A stretch of 63,449 nt of DNA, counting the filler, from Octopus bimaculoides (Eukaryota): the NCBI RefSeq assembly GCF_001194135.2. It is 7 parts of 6 records of this genome, joined end to end, with 100 filler letters (N's around TTAATTAATTAA, not from the genome) between each part and the next. Parts side by side here need not be neighbours in the genome. Positions count along the whole stretch, not along the records: positions 20,698 to 25,493 come from NC_068992.1; positions 25,594 to 30,864 come from NC_068982.1; positions 30,965 to 36,298 come from NC_068991.1; 4 more parts are not named here. One strand, 5' to 3'. Both the position numbers and the translations under genes were made by a program. Each line of letters begins with the position of its first letter. Positions within the stretch are counted from its first letter, which is position 1. The notes below the pieces were generated by a model, which saw nothing but the letters and a program-made list of their open reading frames with translations, was not told where the DNA came from and made no database searches. This document shows positions 23,912 through 36,398 of the stretch, in pieces.

Positions 23912-24344
23912 GCAAATGTCTTTTATCGAATGCATATGTATGTGCGTGTTTCTAACAGAATGACAATAACACTGGCAATGTGTATGTATGTATGCATGTA
24001 TGTATGTATGTATGTATGTATGTATGTATGTATGTATGTATGTGTGTGTGTATATATGTGTGCATGTATGTGTCTATATAGGTATGTGTGTATGTGTGTA
24101 CGCATATATATATATGCATACATATGTATATATATGTGTTTCTGTATGTATTTATGTATGCGTGTGTATGTATGTATGTTTGTATGTATTTGCGTATGTA
24201 TGCATGTGCGTATGTACGTATGTATGCAAGTTCCTCATTTCGGCGTCGTCAAAACATTTATTGACACTGCAGCTGCGGTGCTTCTTAGGGCATTTTACAT
24301 ACACGCGCGCGCGCATATACATATATCCATGCATACATACATAC

Positions 24345-24500
24345 ATGTGTGGCTGAGTGATAAGAATTTTGCTTCCCAACCACATGATTCCAGGTTCAGT
24401 CCCACTGCGTGACACCTTGGGCACGTGTCTTCTACTATAGCCTCAAGCCGACCAAAGCCTTGTGAGTGGATTTGGTAGACGGAAACTGGAAAAAGGTTGT
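24345..24500 (+). mobile_element. SINE family B 5' half
   Basis: CCAACCACATG...GGTTCAGTCCCACTGCG...GGTAGACGGAAACTG. Confidence 0.8.
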
Positions 24501-24526
24501 TGTGTACATAAACAGACAGACAGACA

Positions 24527-24584
<58 letters not shown>

Positions 24585-24587
<3 letters not shown>

Positions 24588-25432
24588 CATGCGATGGGTA
24601 AATTGTCGTCATTTTACATTTTAAATTTCAAGCATGTGTATTGCTTGTTTTTGATTTTGTCGACCACACAGTATAGTAGGATTATTTGGGCACTGTCTGT
24701 GAAAAAAATAGCACCATGGCGCAATTCACTCTGCCAGGAATTTGGAAACGACATGTTGTACTGCTTGGCATTTGCGCCTGAATCACTAATACGAACATTT
24801 CAGAGTGTTTGGGTGTCAGTTTGAGCACATGTACCGAGAGTAATGAAAATCAAACAACCAATCAATATCCTGGTGCTTGAAGTGATCCCTATTGACAGCG
24901 ACGTTATGCCTCCATTCATCTTCCCACACAGTCTCATACTCAACACGGAGGCCTACATCAAGTGCCTGGAGGAGGTAGTACTGCCCTGGGTCAAGAGGGC
25001 GGCCGCTGGAAGACACTATGTTTGGCAACACAACTTAGCAGCATGCCACACAAAGCAGGAGAACCGAATCATGGCTGTCAAACAATTTCTACCATCACAT
25101 GTGGCCACCTAACTTCCCAGACTGCAAATCCCTTGATTATTATGTGTGGGTGCAGATGAGCGCGAGGCCATTAAAATTCCTTGCAACACCAAAGATGAAC
25201 CGAAGGCAAAGTTTTTGGCAGCATTCACCAAATTAAACAAGGAGACCGTCCACAAGAGTTGCAGGAGATTTCAAATCGTCTGGAAGCTATGGTTGAAGCC
25301 AATGGCGAATTTATTGAATAAACTCACTCTTTACTATTTCAAGACATTTTTATGTAATTTTGGTAAATATATCTGTTAAAATGAGGTCAGTGCTATTTCA
25401 ATTTTTACATAATTTATTCACCACACCTTGTA
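24585..25432 (+). mobile_element. maT/DD37D-like transposon, internally deleted copy 1
   Basis: MAQFTLP N-terminus, then VMPPFIFP...YIKCLEEVVLPW...YVWQ and WPPNFPDCKSLDYYVW; imperfect TIRs, right end ...TTCACCACACCTTGTA. Confidence 0.8.
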
Positions 25433-25493
25433 CATATATACATACATACATACATACATACGTAATACATACATATATATGTGTGTATATATA

Positions 25494-25593
25494 NNNNNNN
25501 NNNNNNNNNNNNNNNNNNNNNNNNNNNNNNNNNNNNNTTAATTAATTAANNNNNNNNNNNNNNNNNNNNNNNNNNNNNNNNNNNNNNNNNNNN
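25494..25593. other. Artificial scaffold-join spacer
   Basis: Same layout; linker 25538-25549. Confidence 0.9.
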
Positions 25594-26639
25594 AAAATTT
25601 TGTAAACAGAGTTACTTACGTTTCTTGCATAAAGAAAAGAAATTTTATTTAACAAACTGTGACACTAAAGACCGAGGTTACCGTGGTCTTTTCGTAGGTT
25701 TTTCTTTCCACGGATAACCTCCCCATTTATTGGGAATTTTCTGTATTATTTCGTATTTTTTTTTTTGTAAATACCCCAAACGTTTTGCGATGTTTGTTTT
25801 TCATCGTTGTCCCCACTTTCGTTTTGTTTCTACTTTGTTTTTGCCCCCCTCGAAAAGAAAAACTTTACATTTGTATTTTGTCCCCTCTGTGTTGAGCCGT
25901 GTGTGGCTAATAAAGAAACCTATCTTTCTATCTCTCTATCTATCTATCTATCTATATACGTTCTTGTGTTCTTATGGATGATTTATGTTTGTGGTTAAGT
26001 TCACAGTGATTGCATTGGGCATATTTCATTACCAATAAATCATGTCAGGATGAATACCAGTAAGAAATGCTTAATGAATCATTATAAAACTGAAATTAAT
26101 AACATGGACTTCGGGAAACATCTTAAGCAGTAAACAGCGTTTCCTATTTACAAGGAGACTTTTACTAGAAAAAAAAAAAACAGATTTAAAGGAATATTAA
26201 CACTTCATTTATTACATATGAAACTATCACCTGTCTGATATTTTTCCTGTAATAGTAATTCGTGTTTTGTCAATATGTTCGAGTGTAGGTCCCATGATAC
26301 ATACTTAGAGGCAGAAATGTCTGCTGAAGAGTATGTCCTCATATCTCATTGACTGATGGTTTATGGTAATTACATGTTGTACATGAGACAGAAAATGACA
26401 GTGAAAAGTTGCATGCAGTCTCAGCGTAAACGCAAGATATCTCATAGTAAATCGTACATGTATCATTTTAAAGAAATCAATACGTGAGATAACAACGAGT
26501 AAAAGCTATTGAGAATTGTATTCATTGTATGAAAATAAAGAGGCGTTTCAGGTGTTACATTTTGATGATTGCAGAATTAAACATTTAAGGTACCCTATTT
26601 AAATTGTTATATCTCTTGTCAAGCGCAATGACTCACAGC

Positions 26640-28000
26640 CAGTCACACCGTTCCCACATTCATGCATAGATGTATACATAGGTTTGTGAATAAATATATA
26701 TTTATCATCTCTCCCTCTCCCTCTCCTCTTTCTGTCTCCCCGCCATATATATACACCAACGCCTTTCGTGTGTATTTGGTAGATGAACAGTAAGAGACTG
26801 TTCTATATGTAGATATATATATATATATATATATCATAAGAGCTTACAATGCGTCTACCTGCAAGAAAGAAGTGTTAAAACCCTCATATAAACCACTAAT
26901 AAGACTGAAAAATTCATATTTTTGAGTGTTATTAGTTCTTCAAATGAGGATTTAAACAGATAGACGATACAAAAAAGGACAGGAAAAACAACATTTGGAG
27001 GTACAAGAGGACGTGTCATTCGTGGCGTTCTTTCATCAGTCAAGTTATCAGATGCCCTTAAAGTTCCGGACTGTTACAGTTGAGATTGTTCGATCTGGCT
27101 CCTCCCAAAAGTTTTTCCTTTTCTCGCTCCCCATCTCCCATATATCCTCGGTTATCTTCCATATACTTTTCCCTGTGTTTCCTTGAATTTTTTAATCCTT
27201 CAAACTCCTCTCTCCTTCCTTCACGTGACAGGTGTGCAGCCAATCATGATCTTTCTTTCTACCGACCGCCAACACCATTCACTATGTTTCTACATTATGG
27301 ATTTCACTTTATACATCCCGGCTCAGTTTGATTCATCCTCAGCTGAAACACACCTGCTATTATTTTCTTGTTTGTGTTTGTAATTGCATAATATATTCTC
27401 AGTTTTTTTGTCTCTGTTGTCATAAACATTCGCTTGCTCTCTTACAAGAAATATCTAGCGGGTGAAGCAAGAAGCATAAAATTTCTTTTTTGTATAATAT
27501 GTCATCGACATTTTCTCATGATTGTAACCTGTATTTGTTCAATGTTTTCGTTTCGTTGTCTTCATTAGTTACCCTGCTGTCATTATGTTATGGTCATTAT
27601 TCTTACTTCGTATGCATGTATGAGTTGTTTCTCGTCTCTGATGAAATATTTCGATGATTATGGCGTTCCATTCATGAGTTTCCAATGGTGTACGTACGCC
27701 GCTATATGTATACATAAATATAAAAATGGAACGCTATAAATGATAATAAAACATGCAGACAGATAGACGATACGAAGGCGGACAGGAAAAACAACGATTA
27801 GAGGGACTGGAAAGGACGGGTCATTCGCGTCGTTCTTTCGCCAGTCAAGTTACCAGATGTCCTTACAGTTTCGGACAGTTTCACTTCAGACTAATAGCAT
27901 TAGATTTTTTGTAAGAGAGCAAGCGAATGTTTATGACAACAGAGACAAAAACGGAGAATATATTACGCAATTACAAACACAAACAACAAGAAAATCTCAA
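26640..28000. mobile_element. Penelope-like pseudo-LTR patchwork
   Basis: Direct repeats 26957-27082 / 27760-27888; inverted repeats 27360-27460 / 27895-27995; decayed hammerhead-like pieces (e.g. GATGA-ACAGT-AAGAG-ACTGT near 26780). Confidence 0.45.
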
Positions 28001-28617
28001 CCAAAATATGTTATCTTTTAGTAAAAATTAACCGATCAAATAACGATACTCTGATGTGCAAAATATATCGTAATTTCATAGTGAAATTCTAGGAAAATAT
28101 ATTTTAATTCGCTCGTGATTAATGATATGCATGTTTGAGATTTATGCAGTATGTCGAATACAGGATTGCCTTTAATAATTTCAGTAGTCTGCAAAACTGC
28201 TACATAAGGCTGAAAGCAACATCTGCACTATAGGGTATTGGTTAATTATAATCTTACATATAGTTTGCTTGAATAAAGATGTGAGTGTTATGGACAATAT
28301 TCTCGCGCTAATGTGATTGCTCCACCAAGGGTTTATTGGCTGAACCAAAGCAAGTAAAAATAATCTATTAACATTAGAGACTTGAAATATTTTTTTTTTG
28401 TGTGCATAAAGAAAATCTCATGACAGAAGTAAAAGAAATGAAAATTTCAAGACAGTCAAACCAATAATGCCAGCATGAACAATAAGGTGCTAAACAAGGA
28501 AATTTAATCAGTGTTCGTTCTACGCGGTTTATAGAAAACTGTTTTCGGTCAAAATACAACCATTCACCATCACTGAGTGATAAGAAAGTGTGGAAACAAA
28601 TATATAAAAATTGAGTA

Positions 28618-28872
<255 letters not shown>

Positions 28873-29379
28873 ACGATATATATTGAATCTGCGTTAAATA
28901 GATTGGGAGTAGTCTAATATCATATCAATACAGATATTGGTGAACAAGGAATATCGATAAAAATAATTATACTAAAAAGAAAAGGAACTGATTCCAAGGA
29001 AAATTCAATGAAATTATTCTAGACAGAGCATTGGGAAGTTTCAGATTCATAGTTGTGTTGCAAGAAAATAAGGAAAAATAAAGACGAGCAGGGAATCACT
29101 GAATGACTATTATATACGCTAGACGAAAGAAAGTAATAAAACCAATCCTAGCCCCATGGAAAGTGAAATTTCGAAGGGATGTGCTATCATTAGTAATATT
29201 CTTTCAGTTAATCACCTAACAAATTTGCAGTCAAATGATAGAGATAACATGAATGTGGCACAATATATTTCCTTTACATTGTTGAGTGGAAAATATACGC
29301 AAATGAAGATGGCCAAATTCGGAGAATTACAAAACACAATGCATATATGTAGAAGATATATATTCTAAAAGCTTAGATA

Positions 29380-30131
29380 TTAATTGAATGCCGGAATATT
29401 CAGAAATGGAAATATGCACAAAATCAGACACTGCAAACAGATACACCCATATAAATTGGAATATACCACAATAAAGATGAAAATAAAATCAAGAAAAAAA
29501 TATAAATTTAAAATAAAGTTAATACGGGAAATCGAAGCTAACCACAAAAATAAGATCATGTACATCCAATTAAACTAAATTATAGAAAGGCAAACTAGAA
29601 ATTTAGGAGTGAAATCCAAACCTTGAATGTAAAGCACAGTATTCAATCTGCGAGGCCCACAAGCAACTACAATGCTATCATTTAATTTTTTTTGTCAAAA
29701 AGTATTCTTTTCATGCGATAGAGAATAGGTAACCAGACATAAAGTCACTTGCGAAAGAAAGCAAATGATGCTGGATCATAGATATAACATATCCAGCTGT
29801 CAACAAGACATGTGATAAGAAAGAAAGCAAAAGTTGATCGATATGACAGGTTAGCTTGTGAGGTTAAGCAGTTGTGGTTGTTGAAATAGGTGGTAGCAGT
29901 ACCAATAATTTTCGGAGCCTTGGGAACAGTGAATAAAAATTTTGAGAAGTACAGGAAACAAATAGGGATGCAATAAGGGTGGTGCATTTGCAGAAAACAG
30001 CACTGCTTGGAAAACAGCATTGCTCGAATATTCCGTATGGTGATCGAAAAATAAGAGGTGTTACCTTAGTTCATCGGTAGTGAACAGCTGGCACAGTAGT
30101 ACATCTCCAGCGTTAGAAGCTATGCAAAGAC
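29380..30131 (+). mobile_element. R4/Dong-like non-LTR retrotransposon 3' remnant with (AAT)n tail
   Basis: Decayed CWIIDITYPA...EVKQLW...VPIIFGALGTV...LQKTALLG restriction-like endonuclease domain; 3' UTR ends at the (AAT)n array starting 30132. Confidence 0.65.
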
Positions 30132-30334
<203 letters not shown>

Positions 30335-30788
30335 ATACTCTGCGATATGCCAATACTCACAGATATAGAAATTATGGCCAATATACCAGATATAGTTGTC
30401 AGAGATCACGAAGAAAATAATTCTTTTTAATTGATGTATCAATACCAGCAGATGACAACGTTTCTCTAAAAGAAATGGAGAAACTTTCAAAATACAGAAA
30501 TCTGGAAATAGAGGTAACTGGAATGTGGAGTCTAAAAACAGAAACAATTCCCATCTTAGTAGGGGCATTATGTACTATAAAAAACATTCACACGATTGCA
30601 TAAGGAAAACACCTGGTCTTACAAGTATATATAACATACAGAAAATAGCACTGCTAAGCACCTCACATATCCTACGTAAAACGCTTACAATACAGTGAAA
30701 ATAAGAGCATCACAGCAAACCACAGCACATACCCAAGGCACATAGAGCTGGGTAATGCAGTGAAAGCATATGATAAAAATAAGACTAG

Positions 30789-30790
<2 letters not shown>
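30335..30790 (+). mobile_element. R4/Dong-like non-LTR retrotransposon 3' end (REL endonuclease) with (AAT)n tail
   Basis: ANIPDIVVRD / LIDVSIPADDNVSLKEMEKLSKYRNLEIEVTGMWSLKTETIPILVGAL (PD..D..K REL motif, frameshifted); (AAT)n from 30791. Confidence 0.85.
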
Positions 30791-30864
<74 letters not shown>

Positions 30865-30964
30865 NNNNNNNNNNNNNNNNNNNNNNNNNNNNNNNNNNNN
30901 NNNNNNNNTTAATTAATTAANNNNNNNNNNNNNNNNNNNNNNNNNNNNNNNNNNNNNNNNNNNN
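30865..30964. other. Artificial scaffold-join spacer
   Basis: Same layout; linker 30909-30920. Confidence 0.9.
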
Positions 30965-31202
30965 AAAAGAGTTCCAACACTGTCTGTTTTTTATGTTTTA
31001 TTTATATTCCTGCAGAACTAATGTGGGGTATAGAATATGGAATATACAATATATAATATGATATACAATATACAATATAAAATAAAATAAAATAAAAATG
31101 GATGGCACCATGAAAGAAAGTATTGAATGTAGATGAAATATTGAGCGTTCAATATAAAGGATCAAATATATAAATATATAAATATAAATATATATATATA
31201 AA

Positions 31203-31242
31203 GGCGACTCGAGTTTCAGGGCTATTTCCCTTCGTCATGGCC
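31203..31242 (-). ncRNA. Minimal hammerhead motif with palindromic stem III
   Basis: Minus strand reads GGC-CATGACGA-AGGG-AAATAG-CCCT-GAAA-CTCGAG-TC-GCC; one extra A inside the CTGACGA core. Confidence 0.55.
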
Positions 31243-31573
31243 GGTATGACAGACTGTCATATATATATATATATATATATTTATATACACACATACTTTT
31301 GGTGATTTCTTTTCTTTCTTTAGACTTTTCCTTTTCTCCTTTATAATGAAGAGCTACGCTTGAAACATCAAACTCTCTCTTTTCACCAAGTTTCAAGCTA
31401 ATACATTTCTTGTGAACGTCCTCTCGTCTGTTAATTTTATTCGTTTATTTAGATTGATTGTTTATTTGAATTGACTAAATATATATACAATAATAATAAA
31501 TAATAATAATGTATTTTAAATGACACAACAATACACTATAATAACAACTGATATAATTTAATAATCCAAATTT

Positions 31574-31716
31574 GATATAATATTTCAGAATATAAAAATT
31601 CCTTCTTCGGATATCCCTAGGGATTTTCCAGTGTTGGAAAATTGATTGTAGCAGTGATTCGTTCAATCCCTAGGGATATCTGAAGAAGGAATTTTTATAT
31701 TCCGAAATATTATATC
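31574..31716. repeat. ~52-bp inverted repeat with ~40-bp spacer
   Basis: 31574-31625 is the near-perfect reverse complement of 31665-31716. Confidence 0.9.
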
Positions 31717-31720
31717 AGAC
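31674..31720 (+). ncRNA. Hammerhead-like motif in right arm of an inverted repeat
   Basis: CTGAAGA 31680-86, extra A, GGAAT/ATTCC stem, GAAA 31704-07, TATTATA, TC 31715-16; stem I poorly paired. Confidence 0.45.
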
Positions 31721-31929
31721 TATGGATGATTAAATTACAACAATGATTATAGTCTGTTGTTATTATAATGCATTACTGTGTGATTCAAAACACATTATTA
31801 CTATTTATCATTATTGTTTACAAACAATACACAATGTTTTAAGCAAACTACAATACTCTCCTGACGATATATACCAGAGTAAGCACATAAAAGCGAAACA
31901 AGGTGGATATTTTTACTGTTTTTTAATAA

Positions 31930-31985
<56 letters not shown>

Positions 31986-32200
31986 NNNNNNNNNNTTTCT
32001 ATATGTGATAGTGGATTTTCATCGATGAGTTCTTGAAACTTGGTTATTTTCCCTAAAATATAGAAAAATTAACAATTAAAAGCACAATATGAGAACCTAG
32101 GTAACTGGGTTCAATTCTTGTTGGTATAAAAATGTCCCACTATCTGGGTTTCTTGCCGTTTTTTTAGGGGGCTGTCTAGATGGGTTGTGATCTGCATGTT

Positions 32201-32389
32201 TCAGCCATTCAGTTTTGGTGAGAATTTTGCTATAAAGTATTTCTCCATATTTTTCCTGAAGGAGGTATCATTCCTTGAGCATTTGTAGAAGGGAAAGATC
32301 ATAAATTTTCCTTCCCCACATGTTCCTAGGTGCTCACTCAGTGGAATTTTCCATAGTTCCTCCTGTCGGACATGTTGCCGGTGAATTCT
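32201..32389 (-). mobile_element. Penelope-like GIY-YIG endonuclease C-terminal fragment
   Basis: Minus frame without a start codon: RIHRQHVRQEELWKIPLSEHLGTCGEGKFMIFPFYKCSRNDTSFRKNMEKYFIAKFSPKLNG*. Confidence 0.7.
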
Positions 32390-32583
32390 GGCTCATCTCT
32401 CTCTCCACCCCTACACACTCAATAAAACTATATAAAGAGACCTGCTAGAAAGTTTTTTCTCAAAACAATTTGAAAAACCTACACGACTAGGTGAAAAGCG
32501 CTTCATTTAATATGTGACATTAATAAAAATCTGTAAATGTACAAACATCCAGGTTTCTGAGTACCTTAATTAAAATTTTTTTC

Positions 32584-32635
<52 letters not shown>

Positions 32636-32664
32636 TTGAGAGATTGAGAGATAGATAGACAGAC

Positions 32665-32735
<71 letters not shown>

Positions 32736-32899
32736 CAGCTAGACAGATAGACAGACAGACAGATAGATACATACAGACATGCATATACATATATACACAT
32801 ACATACATATATATAAATAACTTAGATTACAAGAGGTCCATAAAGGGTTGAGACATCACAAAGTGAATTATGCAACAAATTGGTTACACAGAATTATGC

Positions 32900-33900
32900 A
32901 AAACAGACAATTAAGTGGTCCATTATCACAGTTTAGATTGCATCAATAAAGGGAAGTTCATTGTTGTTTGTACTCGTTTAGCCCCTTGAAGATGAAGGAG
33001 GTGGCACTTCTGCCCTCTTACAGGGGAAGACATACTTCGCATGTGAGGGTGATGGAGGTGCCGCCTGAAACAGACCCTCAAGGAGGTGATGGCTGCCCTG
33101 TTGTACAACAGGACAGACAAAATACAATTCCTTCAGATTTCATGCTCTGCTCCCTAATACTGGACTGGGTACGTGTAGGTGAAAAGTTACCCTCCGAGTT
33201 CAAGCAGAGGGTAAAAAGGTTACTTGCTTCGAATGTGGGAAAAAAGGTCACATTTGAAGCGATTGTGAAGTAAAAAAGAAGAAAGAGGAGGAAAAGAAGA
33301 AAAAAAAGAAAAAAACTGTTACAGACACCAGTCCCCACAACTATTCAAAACATCCTCAAACCCACACATACACCAGCCCCCACAAAAACAAATGCTCCCA
33401 CTCCTCTGTTGTGGTGACCCCCGCCTCCAAACAAAGTAATGAAAAGACCCAACCCCAGTATACACAAGCCCCCACATTAGTAAAACCCCTCATCCACCTG
33501 ATTTCGGAGGCACCTTGTGTTTCAAACATAACATCCCCAGACGACACCATGGAGGTGTCCGAAGGGGAATTCAGGACAATTAGCAAACGTCTACATGCCC
33601 CTTCCCCACCCACATCCTCCACAGGGAAAAAAAGACAACCATGCACCACAGATAACAAAAAAGGACCCCGCTCCACCTCCCCGGAAAAAAAACACACAAA
33701 AGAACAATGAAGAAATAATTTTAACTGAATATGACCCTAAAGACGATTATTTGGAAAGACAAATTCCACAACACCATACAGTGAAACTTTTGCACCTAAA
33801 TAACAGCACACATATGAGTTGTGTCTGGATGGGGGAAAACCTATACAGGCAGATGAAGGATAGGCGTCCGAGAGGCATCAGGAGGCTCATAGACCCGCCC
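32900..33900 (+). mobile_element. Decayed non-LTR retrotransposon ORF1 (gag-like) remnant
   Basis: LPSYRGRHTSHVRVMEVPPE...SLILDW, followed by low-complexity P/S/K/T spacer with MEVSEGEFRTISKR; frameshifts; no family motif proven. Confidence 0.45.
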
Positions 33901-34099
33901 GAATGCCCAGAGAAGGACAGAAAGGAGGAGGACGACTCACAATATATACATACATACANNNNNNNNNNGAATGCCCAGAGAAGGACAGAAAGGAGGAGGA
34001 CGACTCACAATATATACATACATACATACATACACACATACACACACACACATATACATACATACATACATATATGGACATGTGCAATTATGAAACTAT

Positions 34100-34260
34100 G
34101 TTGTTGGCACTCCGTCGCTTACGACGTCGAGGGTTCCAGTTGATCCAATCAACGGAACAGCCTGCTCGTGAAATTAACGTGCAAGTGGCTGAACACTCTA
34201 CAGACACACGTGTACCCTTAACATAGTTCTCGGGGATATTCAGCGTGACACAGTGTGAGA
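34100..34260 (-). mobile_element. SINE family E 3' part
   Basis: GGCACTCCGTCGCTTACGACG...GAAATTAACGTGCAAGTGGCTG shared with 43610-43745. Confidence 0.75.
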
Positions 34261-34350
34261 TGTAATCATATATATGTATACACACACATGCACACACATT
34301 TGGCTGGTGTTAGGATCTATATGTACATATTTATATATGCATATAGATAT

Positions 34351-34668
34351 TCATCATCATCATCATCATCGTTTAACATCTGCTTTCCATGCTAGTATGG
34401 GTTGGACGATTTGACTGAGGACTGGCAAACCAGATGGCTACACCAGGCTCCAATCTGATCCGGCAGAGTTTCTACAGCTGGATGCCCTTCCTAACGCCAA
34501 CCACTCCAAGAGTGTAGTGGGTGTTTTTACGTGTCACCTGCACAGGAGCCAGTCAAGCGGCACTGGTAACGCCCACACTCGAATGTTGTTTTCCACGTGC
34601 CACCGGCACAAGTGCCAGTAAGGCGATGCTGGTAACGATCACGCTCGAATGGTGCTTTTTACATGCTG
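34351..34668 (-). mobile_element. RTE-type tail repeat (family C) with (GAT)n tail
   Basis: Complement of GGTTGGCGTTAGGAAGGGCATCCAGCTGTAGAAAC; (CAT)n at left; internal ~60-bp subrepeats. Confidence 0.8.
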
Positions 34669-34799
34669 AACATCTCAGTCATTGGCTCTGTGAGACCCAA
34701 CACCCAAAAAGATCTCAGCCACTTTGCCACCGTTTTATTTGTTTTATTTGTTTTATCAGTTTCAGCTCAAATATGTGTGTGTGTCTTTGTGTCTGTGTT

Positions 34800-35015
34800 T
34801 ATCCCCCACCACCACTCCATTATCACCACTTGACAACCAGTGTTAGTACATTTACATCTCTGTAATTTAGTGGCTCAGCAAAAGAGCCAACAGAATAAGT
34901 ATCAGACTTGCTTATAAAAATAAAAATTATGAGATGGATCTATTCGTTTGACTAAAAATCCTCGAGGCAGCATCCCAGCATGGCTGGCCACTGTCTAATA
35001 ACTAAAAGAAGTAGC
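34800..35015 (+). mobile_element. SINE family B 3' half (diverged)
   Basis: CACTTGACAACC...GCAAAAGAG...AGAATAAGTA...CCAGCATGGC. Confidence 0.6.
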
Positions 35016-35302
35016 AGGTAAAAGATGGCAGCACTAAAACATGTAGAACCACTTACACAACACACACCTAACACAATCCAACACAAACATTGTCCAGCAA
35101 AATAACCCCAAACCTCACATAGAACATAGTCTGCATAAGAAAGACAATACTAAAATAACACCAGAAACAGTAAAATATACCTCATATTCATGTTTATGAT
35201 ATAAACGTAGTTCTATATATCCAAAGGACAATGCTGCTACTACATAGAGCTCAGAAAGACTGAAGATGCATCTGATGATATTGTAGAAATTTGCAAGCAA
35301 CA

Positions 35303-35579
35303 GATCGTTGCCAGTGCCCCTGGACTGGCTCTTGTGCGGGTGGCACATAAAAGACACCATTTCGAGCGTGGCCGTTTTCGTGCGGGTGACACGTAAAAGC
35401 ACCCACTACACTCTCTGAGTGGTTGGCGTTAGGAAGGGCATCCAGCTGTAGAAACTCTGCCAAATTAGATTGGAGCCTGGTGTAGCCATCCGGTTGCACC
35501 AGTCCTCAGTCAAATCGTCCAACCCATGCTAGCATGGAAAGCGGACGTTTAAACGATGATGATGATGATGATGATGATG
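35303..35579 (+). mobile_element. RTE-type tail repeat (family C) with (GAT)n tail
   Basis: GGTTGGCGTTAGGAAGGGCATCCAGC...CCATGCTAGCATGGAAAGCGGACGTTTAAAC(GAT)n. Confidence 0.8.
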
Positions 35580-35857
35580 TTAAAGATATGATGATAAATA
35601 ATAGTGATATTAATTCCGAAAAGGTTATACATGAGGGAACATTGCCAGGATGAATTACAAATATATGATGAGTTTTTTTTTTTTTTTAAATTTTCCACAA
35701 TGCTATCACAAATACAAAAATATCATGTTTGCTGGCAAAAACAAATATTTTGGAATGTATGTGTGTGTGTTAGTATGTATGTGCATCCAGGAGTGTGTGA
35801 GTGTGTGTGTGTGTGTGCACATTTAAACAAAATGAAAATGTTTAAATGTAAAATATA

Positions 35858-36298
35858 AGCATGGCTGTGTGGTTAAGAAGTTTGTTTCCCAACCACACGT
35901 TTCAGATTCAGTCCCACTGCATGGCACCTTGGGCAAGCGTCTGCCACTATATCCTCACGGCAACCAAAACCTTGAGAGTAGATTTGGTAGATGGAAACTG
36001 AAGGAAGCCTGCTGTATACATACATATGTGTATATCTATATGTGTGTATGTATCTTCATGTCTACGTTTGTTCCCCATCATCGCTTGACAACAAGTGTTG
36101 AGGTGTTTATGTCCCCATAACTTAGCAGTCTGGCATAAAGATCAACAGAATAAGTACTAGGTTTAAAAAAAAAAGTCCTGGGGTTGATTTGTTCAACTAA
36201 AAGAGCTTGCTTACCAACCACATGGTTCTGGGTTCAGTCCCACTGTGTGGCACCTTGGGCAAGTGTTTCTACTATAGCCTTGGGCCGACCAAAGCCTT
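35858..36298 (+). mobile_element. Two chained SINE family B copies (second begins near 36203, cut by the join)
   Basis: First copy's tail is replaced by GAGCTTGCTTACCAACCACATGG head sequence. Confidence 0.8.
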
Positions 36299-36398
36299 NN
36301 NNNNNNNNNNNNNNNNNNNNNNNNNNNNNNNNNNNNNNNNNNTTAATTAATTAANNNNNNNNNNNNNNNNNNNNNNNNNNNNNNNNNNNNNNNNNNNN
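36299..36398. other. Artificial scaffold-join spacer
   Basis: Same layout; linker 36343-36354. Confidence 0.9.

Noticed and set aside
33901-34026. Identical 58-bp direct repeat around a 10-N gap
   Set aside because: Typical overlapping contig ends left unmerged; not a biological duplication on present evidence.
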